Assembly (NCBI GenBank): GCA_022826535.1
Contig: JAJDUS010000043.1
Coordinates: 10,675 to 74,674, forward strand
Direction of reading: 5' to 3'
Length of the DNA: 64,000 nucleotides
DNA from: Prochlorococcaceae cyanobacterium jk18x1bzbins.87
GTDB lineage: Bacteria > Cyanobacteriota > Cyanobacteriia > PCC-6307 > Cyanobiaceae
Part shown: one piece after another, positions 9,922 through 21,079 of the stretch
Layout of the letters: every line of letters starts with the position of its first letter
Numbering within the stretch: the stretch's first letter is position 1
Translations under genes and position numbers: made by a program
The notes under the pieces: generated by a model
What the model saw: the letters and a program-made list of their open reading frames with translations, nothing else
Databases searched by the model: none
Told to the model about the DNA's origin: nothing

Positions 9922-12093
9922 TCAAGGGGCGGAGCGTCGCCGTCGCCGTCGCCGTTGGTCAATGCCTTGCTCCTCCTCAGGGTTTGCCCCGACAGATGGG
10001 TTATTGTCTGCGGGGAAGGCGCCGGTGCTCTGCAGACCGCCATTCACCTGTGGCGGACGGGTCGCCAGCTGATCTCCTGCACCCCCCTGCTCAGCAGGTG
10101 CCACTGGCCCAGACTCCTCCTGGGCCAGTGGCACCCCGGCACCTGTCTCCGCCTTGGCAACCACGGCAGCAGCACCGGTCCTGGGAACAGCATCGGATGG
10201 GTCTGTCGCGGCAGAGTCCCCGTTAGCGGCCACCACAGGCAAGGGATCATGGTTCCTTCCAGGTACGGGGTTGCTGTGTTGGGGCTCAGGCGCGGCGCTC
10301 TCCTCCTGCCCCTGTCCCCCCTGGTTCCGGTCGCCCCGTTGCTGGTCCGTGGCCATGTCTGGCGCCACCGCAGGTTTGCTTGTCTCGATCCCGTTGCGCT
10401 GGCGGCGGCGGCGGGGAACCCCATCCCCATTGCTCACCTGGTCCTTGGCTTCAGTCAAGGGAGGCTGCCCATCCCCGCCAGTGCTCACCACGCGAACCGC
10501 CACAGTGTTCAAGTCCTTGGGCGGCATGGGAGCCGCCAGCGCTGGATTGAAACCGCACCAACTGAAGACCATCTCCTGGTCTTTACTCATGGACACGTCA
10601 ATGGTCTCCCGCTCAGTGGGTGGGCTGGAGCTTGCCTCGGGCAATGGACTGGCGTCCGGCTCCTCTGGAACCGTGCTTGGAGTTGTGGCTGGAACCGTGG
10701 TGGTGGCCTCAACAGGCGCCATTGCATGACCACTGCGGCCACCGCCGCCACGGCGGCGACGTCGGTTGTTGCCACCGCCATTGGCCCCATCAGGACTGGT
10801 GTCCCCAGGGGCAGCCGATGGGGGGGGCATGGGAGATTGCACGATCCCCGTTGCCAAGGGCTGCATGGTGGCCTTGCCCGGCACCATGGCCACATGGCCC
10901 AGGCCGGCACAGGTGGGGCACTGGCGACTAAAAAGCTCGTAAATGTTCTGACCCTGGCGCTTGCGGGTCAATTCCACCAACCCCAACTCCGTAATCTGAG
11001 CAATCTGAGGCCTGGCCTTGTCAGGCCCCATGGCCTTCATAAAGTGCTCCAGCAAGAACAGTTGGTCCCGCCGCGACTCCATATCAATAAAGTCAATGAT
11101 CACCATGCCGCCAATGTTGCGCAGTTGGAGTTGGCGGGCAATCTCGGTGGCGGCTTCACAGTTGGTCCACAACACGGTTTCACGGGAATTGGCAGAACGA
11201 GTAAAGGAGCCAGAGTTCACATCAATCACCGTCAGGGCTTCAGTGGGCTGGATGATCACGTAACCGCCAGAGGGCAGATCCACCCGTGGCAAGAGGGCCT
11301 GGCGAATTGCCGCATCAAGACGAGAGGCCTCCAGCAACGCCTCGGCGTTTGCAAAGGAATCCACCGGGATGGTGCTCTTTTCTGCGTCAAGGAAGGCTTT
11401 GACCCGCTCCATCCCATGGGGGCTATCCACCACAATCTTGTCCAGATCCAGTCCGCAGTGATCCCGTAAGGTACGATGAACAAAATCATCGTCCCGGTTC
11501 AGCAGCACGGGCGGTTTGCAGGTCTCCGCCGTGGCCTGAATGGTCTCCCACTGGCGGCAGAGCATTTCAAGATCGTCAATAATCTGGTCCTCCCCCACCC
11601 CCTCGGCTTTCGTGCGCACCAGCAGGCCAGTTCCTGCAGGTTTGATCAGAACCGCCAGGGCCCGCAGGCGATCCCGCTCGGCCTCCTGGTCAATACGGCG
11701 GGAAATGTTGACCCCTTGGCCACTGGGCTGGAGCACCAAAAAGCGGCCGGGCAAGGTGATATTCCCTGTGAGCCGGGGCCCCTTGTTGCCTGTGGGCTCT
11801 TTGATGACCTGCACCAGAGCCTTCTGGCGTGGCTCCAGGAGTTCTGTAATGGATCCAGCAGTCTGCCGTAGCCGCAGAGGACCCAGATCGGTGACGTGAA
11901 TGAAACCATTTCTTTCACTTTCACCGATATTCACAAAGGCGGCATCAATTCCTGGATGGACATTTTCCACCATTCCAAGATAAATGTCGCCGATCTGATG
12001 TTGCCCTTGGGCAACAATCAGTTGGTCAACACGCTCGTTGTTGAGAATGGCAGCAATGCGCAGCGTTTCAGCAATAAAAATTTGCTTGGTCAT
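9922..12093 (-). CDS. rne: ribonuclease E
   Basis: S1 domain, KGPRLT, IDVNSG, IIDFIDM, CPTC, and the cyanobacterial C-terminal RRRRRRSA motif. Confidence 0.97.
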   Translation of the reverse strand: MTKQIFIAETLRIAAILNNERVDQLIVAQGQHQIGDIYLGMVENVHPGIDAAFVNIGESERNGFIHVTDLGPLRLRQTAGSITELLEPRQKALVQVIKEPTGNKGPRLTGNITLPGRFLVLQPSGQGVNISRRIDQEAERDRLRALAVLIKPAGTGLLVRTKAEGVGEDQIIDDLEMLCRQWETIQATAETCKPPVLLNRDDDFVHRTLRDHCGLDLDKIVVDSPHGMERVKAFLDAEKSTIPVDSFANAEALLEASRLDAAIRQALLPRVDLPSGGYVIIQPTEALTVIDVNSGSFTRSANSRETVLWTNCEAATEIARQLQLRNIGGMVIIDFIDMESRRDQLFLLEHFMKAMGPDKARPQIAQITELGLVELTRKRQGQNIYELFSRQCPTCAGLGHVAMVPGKATMQPLATGIVQSPMPPPSAAPGDTSPDGANGGGNNRRRRRGGGGRSGHAMAPVEATTTVPATTPSTVPEEPDASPLPEASSSPPTERETIDVSMSKDQEMVFSWCGFNPALAAPMPPKDLNTVAVRVVSTGGDGQPPLTEAKDQVSNGDGVPRRRRQRNGIETSKPAVAPDMATDQQRGDRNQGGQGQEESAAPEPQHSNPVPGRNHDPLPVVAANGDSAATDPSDAVPRTGAAAVVAKAETGAGVPLAQEESGPVAPAEQGGAGDQLATRPPQVNGGLQSTGAFPADNNPSVGANPEEEQGIDQRRRRRRRSAP

Positions 12094-12297
12094 GGAAGAA
12101 AACCTAAAAGTTTTGCTAGAGGTTGAGAGCCATTGAGGCGTCTTATTTGGATGTCATTGAAGCTGTTCAGCAGATTGAGACATGGGATTAACCATCAATC
12201 TCTGCTGTTGACAGGAGTCGGAAGAAGCATGTCGAGGTGAAGGGGTAAACCCCGTCATGCAGGGAAGTCTTGTCGTCTCGGTCACGAGAATAACCTA

Positions 12298-14973
12298 TCA
12301 CAGGCAGATGCCCCCCTGGCAGTGCCTGGTGGCCTCGGAACGCAGATATAGCCAATCGCGGCGCAGGGTGGTTGTGTGCAGTCCCTCGCCGAGACGCTCC
12401 GCCAAAACCACCTCCAACTGCTCAGGTTTCAAGCTGCGTCCCGTGGGGTCAATGGCCACATCAACAGCCAGCTTCACAGCAGCACCCCTCTGCCCATGGA
12501 GGGTCAGATCCTTGAGCAGCGGGCGCAGATCCCGTTGCCGGGGGCGTCCTTTTTTGTCCGTGTCCTCCCAGGGCAAGCCAGGAGCAGCAAGCACAGCCTC
12601 GCAAGCGGCCTGCCAAATCCGGCTGGGCAGGATGGCCCCTGATTCCGGGCAGAAGCCCATGGTCCAGCGGGCCCCCTCCAGCAGTTGTGCCAGGCTCTTT
12701 TGCCCCACGGGAACCTCTTCGGCCATCAGGAGTTGAATCCCTGGGGGAAGCTGGGGCTGAAGGGTGTTGATCAGTGTCACGGGAGGGACGACTTCGGCCA
12801 ACTCCAGATCCAGCAATTCACCACCCCCCTGAACCCCTAGGGGTAGGGCATGGCCCACTTGCAGCCGTGGCAGCGGATGGAATCCTGCACTGAAGCTTAT
12901 GGGCAAGGCTGCAGAGCGCAGGGCCCTCTCCAGCAGGCGCAGCAGATCCAGATGGCTGAGCAAGGCCGTATCCCCTTCCTTGGTGAAGCGCAGCCGTAGT
13001 CGCTGGACCCGGCGGCTCACAGGCTGCACCTTGGGAAAGGCCACAGGGATCGGTGGCGGCGCCACAACCCGATTGTGTCCAAATCCTGGTCCGCACACCC
13101 CGCAACTGCTGCAAGCGGCAAAGGAACAGTCCGGCACCACCATGGCTTCCATGGCCCGTTGCAGATCCTCTCGAAGCCACTGGCGATCCACCCCCGTATC
13201 CATGTGATCCCAGGGCAGCGGAAGGGTTGTTGGGTCTTCCTGCTTCTGTGCCTGCTGCTGATCCCTCCAGCTCAGCCCTGCTGCGCCAATGGCCTGATTC
13301 CAAGCGTCGTAGGCCCGCTCCACGCTTTCCCACCAGGCATCCATCCCCGCACCATTGCGCCAGGCTCCAACAATCACCTGTGCCAAACGACGGTCCCCAC
13401 GGCCCACAAAGTCCTCCATGGCGGAGATGCGCACATCCGTTTCATTCACCTTGAGGCGGGGAATGTCCCGCAGCGCCTGGCGCAGCAACACCTGTTTGCG
13501 GCGCAGGTCATTACTGGAGACCTGGTGCCACTGGAAAGGCGTGTGGGGCTTGGGGGTGAAATTGCTGATGGTGAGATGGAAGCCAAGGGGCCCATGGCCA
13601 CGGCACTCCCGCTTCAGCCAACGCACCGTCTCCGCAATGCCCAGCACATCGGCATCCGTTTCCCCGGGCAAGCCAATCATGAAGTAGAGCTTGACGGTTC
13701 GCCAGCCCTGTTCATAGGCGGTACGGACACCCTGGAGCAACTCCTGATCCGTAAGGCCTTTGTTGATGATGTCCCGTAGTCGCTGGGTGCCTGCCTCCGG
13801 GGCAAAGGTGACCCCTGTGCGACGTGCGCCACCGATGATCCCGGCAATGGTTTCATCAAAGCGGTCCACCCGCTGGCTGGGCAGGCTGAGGCTGACCGAT
13901 TGCCCCTGGAGACGATTACGTAACTCCACACCAACCGCCGGGAGCGCCAGATAGTCGGAGCAACTCAGGGAGAGAAGGGAGAAATCGCTATGGCCGGTTG
14001 CCTTCATTCCCCTTTCCACAGCCTCCACCACCTCCTCCGGCGCCACATCCCGAGCGGGGCGGGTCAACATGCCGGGTTGACAGAAGCGGCACCCCCGGGT
14101 ACAGCCCCGGCGGATTTCCACCACCAGCCGATCATGGACGGTTTCCACCTGGGGAACCAATCCCGTGGCGTAGTGGGGGATGGGGTCCGCCACGCGCCGT
14201 ACCACCCGGACTGGAGCGGCGGGTGATCGGGGCACAACCCGTCCGTCGCTGTTGCGCTGGTACAGGCTGGGGACATACACCCCCGGCACCTGGGCAAGGT
14301 CCCGCAACAGCGCTGAGCGGCTCAGGCGGGCGGCCTTTCCCTCCTGGACCACCAAACCAATCTCCGGCAGCAACTCCTCCCCATCCCCCAGGGCAATGAA
14401 GTCGAAAAAAGCGGCATAGGGCTCGGGATTGGATGTGGCGGTTTGCCCCCCTGCAAAGATGAGGGGTTGGGACTGGGGATGATCCAGGGGCAGATCCGGA
14501 CGTTGCTGGGCCCAGATGGGCAGGCCACTCAGATCCAGCATTTCCAGGATGTTGGTGGCGCCCAACTCATAGCTGAGGCTGAAGCCAAGAATGTCGAATG
14601 CCGTCAGGGGCCGCCGACTTTCCACCGCAAACAGGGGAACCTTCTGCTGCCGTAGCCGGGCTGCAAGATCCGCCGCAGGCAGGTAAGCACGATCACAGAG
14701 TTGCCCCGGCAGGCGATTGAGGATGCCATAGAGAATGATGTGCCCCAGATTGCTGGCGCCCACTTCGTAGAGCTCCGGATAGGTGAGACACCAGCGCAAT
14801 GACGCCTGATCCCAGGGCTTATGCAGGGCGCCCCGCTCTTGACCCAGATAGCGGCCTGGTTTGCTGATGCTGCGATTGACCAGTTGAGGGAAGGGAATGG
14901 GGGCGGTCGCTGTAGCAGGGGGCATCGGCTTGGACTCAATCAACAGCGCAGGGTATGGCACACCCCTATCCAT
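12298..14973 (-). CDS. TIGR03960-type B12-binding radical SAM protein fused to DUF2344-like domain
   Basis: CxxxCxxC (RGCTRGCRFCQ), KPHTPFQW, C-terminal SHLDL...FSAGFHP. Confidence 0.9.
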   Translation of the reverse strand: MDRGVPYPALLIESKPMPPATATAPIPFPQLVNRSISKPGRYLGQERGALHKPWDQASLRWCLTYPELYEVGASNLGHIILYGILNRLPGQLCDRAYLPAADLAARLRQQKVPLFAVESRRPLTAFDILGFSLSYELGATNILEMLDLSGLPIWAQQRPDLPLDHPQSQPLIFAGGQTATSNPEPYAAFFDFIALGDGEELLPEIGLVVQEGKAARLSRSALLRDLAQVPGVYVPSLYQRNSDGRVVPRSPAAPVRVVRRVADPIPHYATGLVPQVETVHDRLVVEIRRGCTRGCRFCQPGMLTRPARDVAPEEVVEAVERGMKATGHSDFSLLSLSCSDYLALPAVGVELRNRLQGQSVSLSLPSQRVDRFDETIAGIIGGARRTGVTFAPEAGTQRLRDIINKGLTDQELLQGVRTAYEQGWRTVKLYFMIGLPGETDADVLGIAETVRWLKRECRGHGPLGFHLTISNFTPKPHTPFQWHQVSSNDLRRKQVLLRQALRDIPRLKVNETDVRISAMEDFVGRGDRRLAQVIVGAWRNGAGMDAWWESVERAYDAWNQAIGAAGLSWRDQQQAQKQEDPTTLPLPWDHMDTGVDRQWLREDLQRAMEAMVVPDCSFAACSSCGVCGPGFGHNRVVAPPPIPVAFPKVQPVSRRVQRLRLRFTKEGDTALLSHLDLLRLLERALRSAALPISFSAGFHPLPRLQVGHALPLGVQGGGELLDLELAEVVPPVTLINTLQPQLPPGIQLLMAEEVPVGQKSLAQLLEGARWTMGFCPESGAILPSRIWQAACEAVLAAPGLPWEDTDKKGRPRQRDLRPLLKDLTLHGQRGAAVKLAVDVAIDPTGRSLKPEQLEVVLAERLGEGLHTTTLRRDWLYLRSEATRHCQGGICL

Positions 14974-15002
14974 AGGATGGGGTCTCTGTCCCTGGTGCTG
15001 CC

Positions 15003-16238
15003 ATGGTGCGCGTCAACACCCACTACCAAAAGTTGCAGGCGGGATACCTGTTCCCGGAGGTTCAGCGCCGCATCAAGGCCTTCAGCGCTGAGCACCCCGA
15101 GGCTGATCTCATCCGGCTGGGCATTGGGGATGTGACAGAGCCTTTACCCGCTGCCTGCCGGGATGCCATGGCAACAGCCCTTGAAGCCATGGGGACCGGA
15201 ACAGGGTTTCATGGCTATGGCCCTGAGCAGGGCTACCACTGGCTGCGGCAGACCATTGTCCAGCATGACTACCAACAGCGGGGCTGCCCCATCGAAGCGG
15301 ACGAGATTTTCATCTCCGATGGCTCCAAGTGCGACACCAGCAACATCCTGGACATCCTCGGTGACGACAACCGCATTGCCGTCACCGATCCGGTCTACCC
15401 CGTCTATGTGGACGCCAACGTGATGGCTGGCCATACGGGTCCTGCAGATGATCAGGGTCGCTACAGCGGCTTGCAATACCTGCCCCTCACGGCGGACAAC
15501 GACTTCTGCGCCCCCTTGCCGGCACCCCCCGTGGATCTCGTCTATCTGTGCTTCCCCAACAATCCCACTGGGGCAGTGGCCACCCGTGCCCAGTTGCAGC
15601 GCTGGGTTGACTATGCCCGTAGCCATGGGGCCCTGATTCTCTTTGATGCGGCCTATGAGGCCTTTATCCAGGATCCGGAGTTGCCCCACTCCATTTTTGA
15701 AATCCCTGGGGCCCGGGACTGCGCCATTGAATTCCGCTCCTTCTCCAAGAACGCCGGCTTCACGGGAACCCGCTGCGCCTTTACCGTGGTGCCCAAAACC
15801 CTGACCGGCCACACCCGTGACGGGGATGCCGTGTCCCTCTGGCAGCTTTGGGGCCGTCGCCAGAGCACCAAGTTTAATGGTGTGGGTTATGTGGTGCAGC
15901 GGGGCGCCGAGGCGGTCTATTCCCCTGCGGGACAGGCCCAGGTGGCCCAGTTGGTGAAGGTTTACATGAAGAACGCCGCCGTCATCCGGCAACAGCTCCA
16001 GGGCCTGGGTCTGGCGGTGTATGGCGGTCAACATGCTCCCTACGTGTGGGTCAAGACACCAGATTCAATGGGGTCTTGGCAGTTCTTTGATCAACTGCTC
16101 AACGGGGCTCATGTTGTGGGCACGCCCGGGATTGGCTTTGGCGCTGCTGGAGAGGGCTACCTGCGCCTTTCAGCCTTTAACAGTCGGGCCCAGGTGGAGG
16201 CTGCCATGGCCCGGATTGCCCAGTGCAGGCTGCAATAA
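15003..16238 (+). CDS. dapL: LL-diaminopimelate aminotransferase
   Basis: Motifs [34 protein letters not shown]. Confidence 0.97.
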   Translation: MVRVNTHYQKLQAGYLFPEVQRRIKAFSAEHPEADLIRLGIGDVTEPLPAACRDAMATALEAMGTGTGFHGYGPEQGYHWLRQTIVQHDYQQRGCPIEADEIFISDGSKCDTSNILDILGDDNRIAVTDPVYPVYVDANVMAGHTGPADDQGRYSGLQYLPLTADNDFCAPLPAPPVDLVYLCFPNNPTGAVATRAQLQRWVDYARSHGALILFDAAYEAFIQDPELPHSIFEIPGARDCAIEFRSFSKNAGFTGTRCAFTVVPKTLTGHTRDGDAVSLWQLWGRRQSTKFNGVGYVVQRGAEAVYSPAGQAQVAQLVKVYMKNAAVIRQQLQGLGLAVYGGQHAPYVWVKTPDSMGSWQFFDQLLNGAHVVGTPGIGFGAAGEGYLRLSAFNSRAQVEAAMARIAQCRLQ

Positions 16239-16317
16239 AACGCCATCAACCAGCCGGTCAGCTAAATTAACCACAAAGATCCTGTCCAGAGACCCGGCGT
16301 TGATCATGCCCCGCGAC

Positions 16318-16623
16318 ATGGCTTCACAACAAGGCGGCGCAACTGTCCTTGTCCGTCAAGAGCAAGCGCAGCGGACACGGAAGCGGCAGCCCTTATATCG
16401 CGTCCTTCTTCACAATGATCCCGTGAACACCCGGGACTACGTGGTGGCAGCGCTGCAAATGGTGGTTCCCCAGCTCAGTGAGCAAGAGGCTGTGGCTGTG
16501 ATGCTGGCGGCCCACAATACGGGGGTGGGTCTGGTGATTGTCTGTGACCAGGAGCCCGCTGAGTTTTACAGCGAGCAGCTCAAGGGCAAGGGACTCACCA
16601 GCACAATTGAACCGGAAACGTGA
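16318..16623 (+). CDS. clpS: ATP-dependent Clp protease adaptor
   Basis: Motifs YRVLLHNDPVN, MLAAHNTG, AEFYSEQL. Confidence 0.92.
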   Translation: MASQQGGATVLVRQEQAQRTRKRQPLYRVLLHNDPVNTRDYVVAALQMVVPQLSEQEAVAVMLAAHNTGVGLVIVCDQEPAEFYSEQLKGKGLTSTIEPET

Positions 16624-17444
16624 GGCGGGGTCCCCAACCAGGTCCCCGTTGGCTGGGCACCCTGCTGTTTGTGCCCCTGCTGCTGGCTCTGGCCTGGTTG
16701 CTCACCCGCCCCCTGTTGTGGCTGGGGATGGACCCTGAGACGGTGAGTTTGCTGGTCAGCCTGGGGGCCTTTGTGTTGTTTCTCATCGCTCTCCCCCTGC
16801 GCCTGCGTCGTGTCTGGAGGGTCCCCCATCCTTGGCGTTGTCTGGGGCTCAATGCTCCCCTTAAGCAGTCCATCTCCGCCCTGGCCCATGGCCTGTTGAA
16901 TGCTGCCCTGTTGCTGCTGGGCTTGGGCCTGCTGCTTCTGATCTTGGGGCAAGCCCGGTTGGGTGGTGGGCTCACCCTTGGTGAAGCCGTCAATGCCGTG
17001 GCCCTGGTGGGGGTTGGCTTTGCTGAAGAATTGGTGTTTCGTGGTTGGCTTTGGGGAGAGCTGCAGTTGCGGCTGGCTTGGCGCCAGGCTGCTGTTGTCC
17101 AGGCTGTGGCGTTCAGCGTGCTGCACACCCGCTTTGACCAGGGATGGGCCATCCCCCTTGGGCTGCTGCCGGGGATGTTTTTGTTGGGGCTGGTTCTGGC
17201 TGGGCAGCGCAGCAAAGATGACAACCTGCTGGCCGGTGCCGTGGGCCTGCATGGTGGGTTGGTGGCGGGGTGGTTTGCGCTGCAATCAGGACTTCTGATC
17301 CTGGATCCTTCCGTCCCCGTCGGGCTGATGGGTCCCAACTACAATTCCGCGGCTGCTTTGCCCAATTACAATCCCATTGGCGGACTTCTAGGCTGGCTTG
17401 GCTTGATCCCATTGCTCTGGTTGGCTCCGCCTCAGCGAATCTGA
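16620..17444 (+). CDS. CPBP (Abi/CAAX protease-like) intramembrane metalloprotease
   Basis: Motifs AEELVFRG, FSVLH, GLHGG; hydrophobic. Confidence 0.88.
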   Translation: MRRGPQPGPRWLGTLLFVPLLLALAWLLTRPLLWLGMDPETVSLLVSLGAFVLFLIALPLRLRRVWRVPHPWRCLGLNAPLKQSISALAHGLLNAALLLLGLGLLLLILGQARLGGGLTLGEAVNAVALVGVGFAEELVFRGWLWGELQLRLAWRQAAVVQAVAFSVLHTRFDQGWAIPLGLLPGMFLLGLVLAGQRSKDDNLLAGAVGLHGGLVAGWFALQSGLLILDPSVPVGLMGPNYNSAAALPNYNPIGGLLGWLGLIPLLWLAPPQRI

Positions 17445-17850
17445 ATGATCAGATCGCTGCTGCCCCATGCGCCGTCAGCGGTGACGGCAGGAATCCTGAG
17501 TCGGTGGCTGAGGGCAAGGCAAAGCCGATCTGCCAACAACAATGGTGTGCCAGGACGCCACTGCTCTGCCGCCCATGTCCCATCCTCAATCGTGATCGAC
17601 TCCACCTTGAGGCAATAGACTTTGCGCAGACCTTCTACCAGTGCATCCAGTGGTGAGGGGTCCTGATCCACACGTTTCTGGCGAACTTTCTGGACCAGCT
17701 CCGACCAGTTAACGCTGCTGGTAAAACAAGCTGTCTTCTCAAGTAGAGCGTTCACATACTCGTGCCCTTCTTCCTTGTAAAGAAAGGCAAGAAGGGCCGA
17801 TGCATCAAGGATAACTCCTTTTTCGGGATAAACTGCTCTGCTGTGTTCAT
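17432..17850 (-). pseudogene. vapC: VapC/PIN-domain toxin, frameshifted after codon ~11 (or expressed by -1 frameshift)
   Basis: The PIN frame reads GVILDASALLAFL...SSVNWSE...ADRLCLAL...TADGAW. ATG 17850, 3 nt after the upstream stop, is out of frame at an A5 run (17823-17819). Confidence 0.8.
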
Positions 17851-17853
17851 TGC

Positions 17854-18087
17854 TCAGACGACAGCCTCTGCTGTAGAGTGGCGCTCCCTGAGCAGCTCGT
17901 CGACAACACTGTGATGAACAGTCGTGCCTTGGAGGATTGAGTCTCGCAACTGCTTGAACTCCTCGTCTGTGGTGGGGATGGGAAGATTTTCCGTGATTCT
18001 GAGGGTTTCTATCGGTGCAGTGGCGGGCTTGAAAAAGAGCCTTGCAGGAAATGCACGTGGGGCGAGCTCAACATCAAAGAGGAGCAT
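17854..18087 (-). CDS. putative VapB antitoxin (C-terminal part recognisable)
   Basis: Directly upstream of the PIN gene. C-terminal SVVDELLRER resembles AbrB-type VapB tails; N-terminus not recognisable. Confidence 0.5.
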   Translation of the reverse strand: MLLFDVELAPRAFPARLFFKPATAPIETLRITENLPIPTTDEEFKQLRDSILQGTTVHHSVVDELLRERHSTAEAVV

Positions 18088-18362
18088 GGATGGCTTCTGC
18101 CCTGGGGAGCCATGAGAGGCTGGTTGAAAAAAGAAGGATAGACAGGGAAACCCACGTTCTGGAAGAGCCTTGGTGAAGAGTCATGATCGAGAGTGGGTGA
18201 AAGTTGATAGTCTGTCCCAGAGCTCCACTGGCTTCGGACAGTAGTGCGCTACAGCGGACTGCTATCCTAGTGCAGCAGGCTTGATCTCTGCCGCTTGAGC
18301 GGTGGGAACCGGCATCTCCGTAAGCTATGGATTCAACCTCTTCCCCCAGTGAAGACCTCTGA

Positions 18363-19499
18363 ATGGCCGACTACTACGACCTTTTGAATGTCAGCAGGGA
18401 TGCCAACCCGGAGACCCTTAAGCGCGCCTATCGGCGCTTGGCGCGTCAGTACCACCCTGACGTCAATAAGGAGCCGGGGGCCGAGGAAAGATTCAAGGAG
18501 ATTGGCCGGGCCTATGAGGTGCTCAGCGACCCGGAAAAACGGTCCCGCTATGACCAGTTTGGTGAAGCGGGTGTTGGGGGAGCTGCCGGCGGTATGCCCG
18601 ACATGGGAGATATGGGGGGTTTTGCCGACCTCTTTGAAAGCTTTTTTGGTGGTGGGGCAGCAACTGGCAGAGGATCACGGCGTCGTCAAGGGCCCACCCA
18701 AGGGCAACACTTGCGTCTGGATCTGACCATTTCCTTCCATGAGGCCATTTTTGGCACCACCCGGGAGGTTCCCATCCGTCACATGGAAACCTGCAGCACG
18801 TGCTCAGGTAGTGGTCTCAAACCCGGCAGCCATCCGAGGATCTGTCAAACCTGCGGGGGGCAGGGTCAGGTTCGTCGCACCAGCCGCACACCCTTTGGCG
18901 TGGTTTCCCAGGTGACCACCTGTCCTGCTTGTGGCGGCAGTGGACAATCCGTCAGGCCGGAGGATCGCTGCGGCGCTTGTGGCGGCCAAGGCGCCACCCA
19001 GGTGCTCAAAAAACTCCGCATCACCATTCCCCGTGGCGTGGAGTCTGACCAACAGCTTCGGGTTGTCGGGGAGGGGAACGCGGGAGAGCGGGGGGGACCC
19101 GCCGGAGACCTGTTTGTGCAATTGCAGGTGGAGTCTGATGCCAGATTCCGGCGTGAAGGCGTTACCATCCGGTCCACCGCCGAGGTGAACTATCTGCAAG
19201 CCATTCTTGGGGATACCATCATAGTACCCACCGTGGAAGGGGACCAGTCCATCGAGCTGCCGGCCGGCACGCAGCCGGGTGAGATTCTCACCCTGGCAGG
19301 TCTTGGTGTTCCCAAGCTGGGCAACCCCGTGGCACGGGGTGATCATCTACTGACGGTTAAGGTGAGGCTTCCCAAGGGCAAGTTTTTCATCAGGGAGAAG
19401 GACATCCCCGCTAGTCTCCCGACGGAAGGCCGCACCTTGCTCAAACAGTTGGACAGGAAAATTCAGGGTAAGGGCAGCATGCTCGGCGGCTTTCTCTAG
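18363..19499 (+). CDS. dnaJ: chaperone DnaJ
   Basis: J domain with HPD, G/F region, four CxxCxGxG repeats. Confidence 0.97.
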   Translation: MADYYDLLNVSRDANPETLKRAYRRLARQYHPDVNKEPGAEERFKEIGRAYEVLSDPEKRSRYDQFGEAGVGGAAGGMPDMGDMGGFADLFESFFGGGAATGRGSRRRQGPTQGQHLRLDLTISFHEAIFGTTREVPIRHMETCSTCSGSGLKPGSHPRICQTCGGQGQVRRTSRTPFGVVSQVTTCPACGGSGQSVRPEDRCGACGGQGATQVLKKLRITIPRGVESDQQLRVVGEGNAGERGGPAGDLFVQLQVESDARFRREGVTIRSTAEVNYLQAILGDTIIVPTVEGDQSIELPAGTQPGEILTLAGLGVPKLGNPVARGDHLLTVKVRLPKGKFFIREKDIPASLPTEGRTLLKQLDRKIQGKGSMLGGFL

Positions 19500-19500
19500 G

Positions 19501-19734
19501 ATGGTGGACCCCATTGGCCTGGATCTGCGCGGCATCCCTTGTCCTCTGAATGCTGTTCGATGCCAACTGGCGTTCGAGAAGTTGGCGGTGGGTGAAGGGC
19601 TGCGGGTCCACCTGGACTGCGGTGAACCCCTGGAGAGTGTGGCGAATCAGTTTCTCGATGCTGGTCAGCAGGTGGATGTGGAGGCCAACTCCGGGCAGGA
19701 GGCAATCATCCTCATCACCCGCCTCTCCCCCTAG
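19501..19734 (+). CDS. TusA/SirA-like sulfurtransferase family protein
   Basis: LDLRGIPCPLN motif; follows dnaJ. Confidence 0.85.
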   Translation: MVDPIGLDLRGIPCPLNAVRCQLAFEKLAVGEGLRVHLDCGEPLESVANQFLDAGQQVDVEANSGQEAIILITRLSP

Positions 19735-19767
19735 CCGTGCAGGACGCTGGGAACAGCAGCGTCAGCC

Positions 19768-20115
19768 TCACCCCCCCAGCAGATTGGGCACGTTGAGATT
19801 TCCCAGACCTCCCGTGAGTTCTTCCATGCGGGCTTTCATGGTTTCCGTGGAGCGCTGGTGGGCTGCCTGCAGGGCCTCCAGGACCGCGGTTTCCACCACT
19901 TGGGTCCCCTCGGCCAGCAGGCTGGGATCCAGAAAAACCCCTTTGGGAAACTGGTTGCCCGAGATGGTGACCCGTGCCCGTCCATCACTGCTAAACCCTT
20001 CCAAAACCAAAGCGTCTAACTCCTCCTGAAGCCTCACTGCATCCTTCTGGATTTGCTGTGCCTTCTGGAAGGCCTCCGTGAGTTGGGAAAAATTGGGGAG
20101 TCCGAAGCCGGCCAT
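19768..20115 (-). CDS. YbaB/EbfC nucleoid-associated protein
   Basis: MAGFGLPNF...FQKAQQIQ...SGNQ...MEELTGGL. Confidence 0.9.
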   Translation of the reverse strand: MAGFGLPNFSQLTEAFQKAQQIQKDAVRLQEELDALVLEGFSSDGRARVTISGNQFPKGVFLDPSLLAEGTQVVETAVLEALQAAHQRSTETMKARMEELTGGLGNLNVPNLLGG

Positions 20116-20135
20116 GGTGACAGATGAAAGTCCCA

Positions 20136-21074
20136 TCAGCCTACGGGACTTGGGGGGGATTGGTCGAACCGGCCAAGGCGCTTGACTTCTGTCTGGAGCG
20201 TGATGCCTTTCTCTCGCCTGACACTGTCCTGCACCAGGTGAATCAGCGCCTGGATGTGCTGGGCCTTGGCCTGGCCACGGTTAACAATGAAATTGCCATG
20301 CATTGTCGAGATCTCCGCATCGCCCCGTCGCTCGCCTTTCAGGCCCAGGAGGTCGATGAGCTTTCCTGCTTTCATCGGGAGAGGATTGCGGAAAACACTG
20401 CCCCCACTGGGCAAATGACAGGGCTGGGTTCTGTGGCGCTGGCTCAGGTTGGCTTTGATGGTCTCCAAAAGGGACTGGGGATTATGGCCAGGACTGGTGC
20501 GTAGGCAAGCCGAGGTCACGATCCATGGCGTCTGGGCAGCCGCCATGTCTTGCAGCAGGCTATGGCGGTAACCAAACGCCATGTCTTGCTCCCGCAGGCG
20601 CCAAGACCTGCCCGTGCTGGGGTCCAGCAGTTCCACATCAACAAGTCGCTCCGCCAGACAAGTCCCCTGGCAGCCCGCATTCATGGCAACGGCTCCACCA
20701 ATGGTGCCTGGAATTCCCACGAACCATTCCAGACCTTGGAGACCGGCTCGCGCAGCCTTGCGGGCCAGTATGGGCAGGGATTCACCCGCGTAGGCCTGAA
20801 CCAACTCCGCCGTTGGCTTGAAGTGGGCCCCCTGGAGACGCCTCAGACAAAGGGCCAGTCCCTCCACACCCTCGTCACTCACCAGTAGATTGGATCCGGC
20901 TCCAATGGGGTGAATGGGCAACCCCATGGCCACGGCCCATTGCACCACATGGGCCAACTGGGCAACACTGCAGGGTTTGGCCAAATACTCGGCGGTTCCC
21001 CCCACCTTCCAACTGGTGAGACCAGCCAGGGGCTGGTTGGAGAGCACAGCGGCGGGAAGGGAAACAGGGGACAT
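20136..21074 (-). CDS. murB: UDP-N-acetylenolpyruvoylglucosamine reductase
   Basis: Motifs [41 protein letters not shown]. Confidence 0.96.
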   Translation of the reverse strand: MSPVSLPAAVLSNQPLAGLTSWKVGGTAEYLAKPCSVAQLAHVVQWAVAMGLPIHPIGAGSNLLVSDEGVEGLALCLRRLQGAHFKPTAELVQAYAGESLPILARKAARAGLQGLEWFVGIPGTIGGAVAMNAGCQGTCLAERLVDVELLDPSTGRSWRLREQDMAFGYRHSLLQDMAAAQTPWIVTSACLRTSPGHNPQSLLETIKANLSQRHRTQPCHLPSGGSVFRNPLPMKAGKLIDLLGLKGERRGDAEISTMHGNFIVNRGQAKAQHIQALIHLVQDSVRREKGITLQTEVKRLGRFDQSPPSPVG

Positions 21075-21079
21075 CTCAG

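Noticed and set aside
9757-11469. Long antisense ORFs (e.g. 570 aa opposite rne, and similar ones opposite other genes)
   Set aside because: These are shadow frames expected at high GC; they have no recognisable domains and fully overlap confident genes.
18352-18364. ACCTCTGAAT match to the MITE TIR just before dnaJ
   Set aside because: Only 10 nt, with no partner end or internal homology; likely chance.
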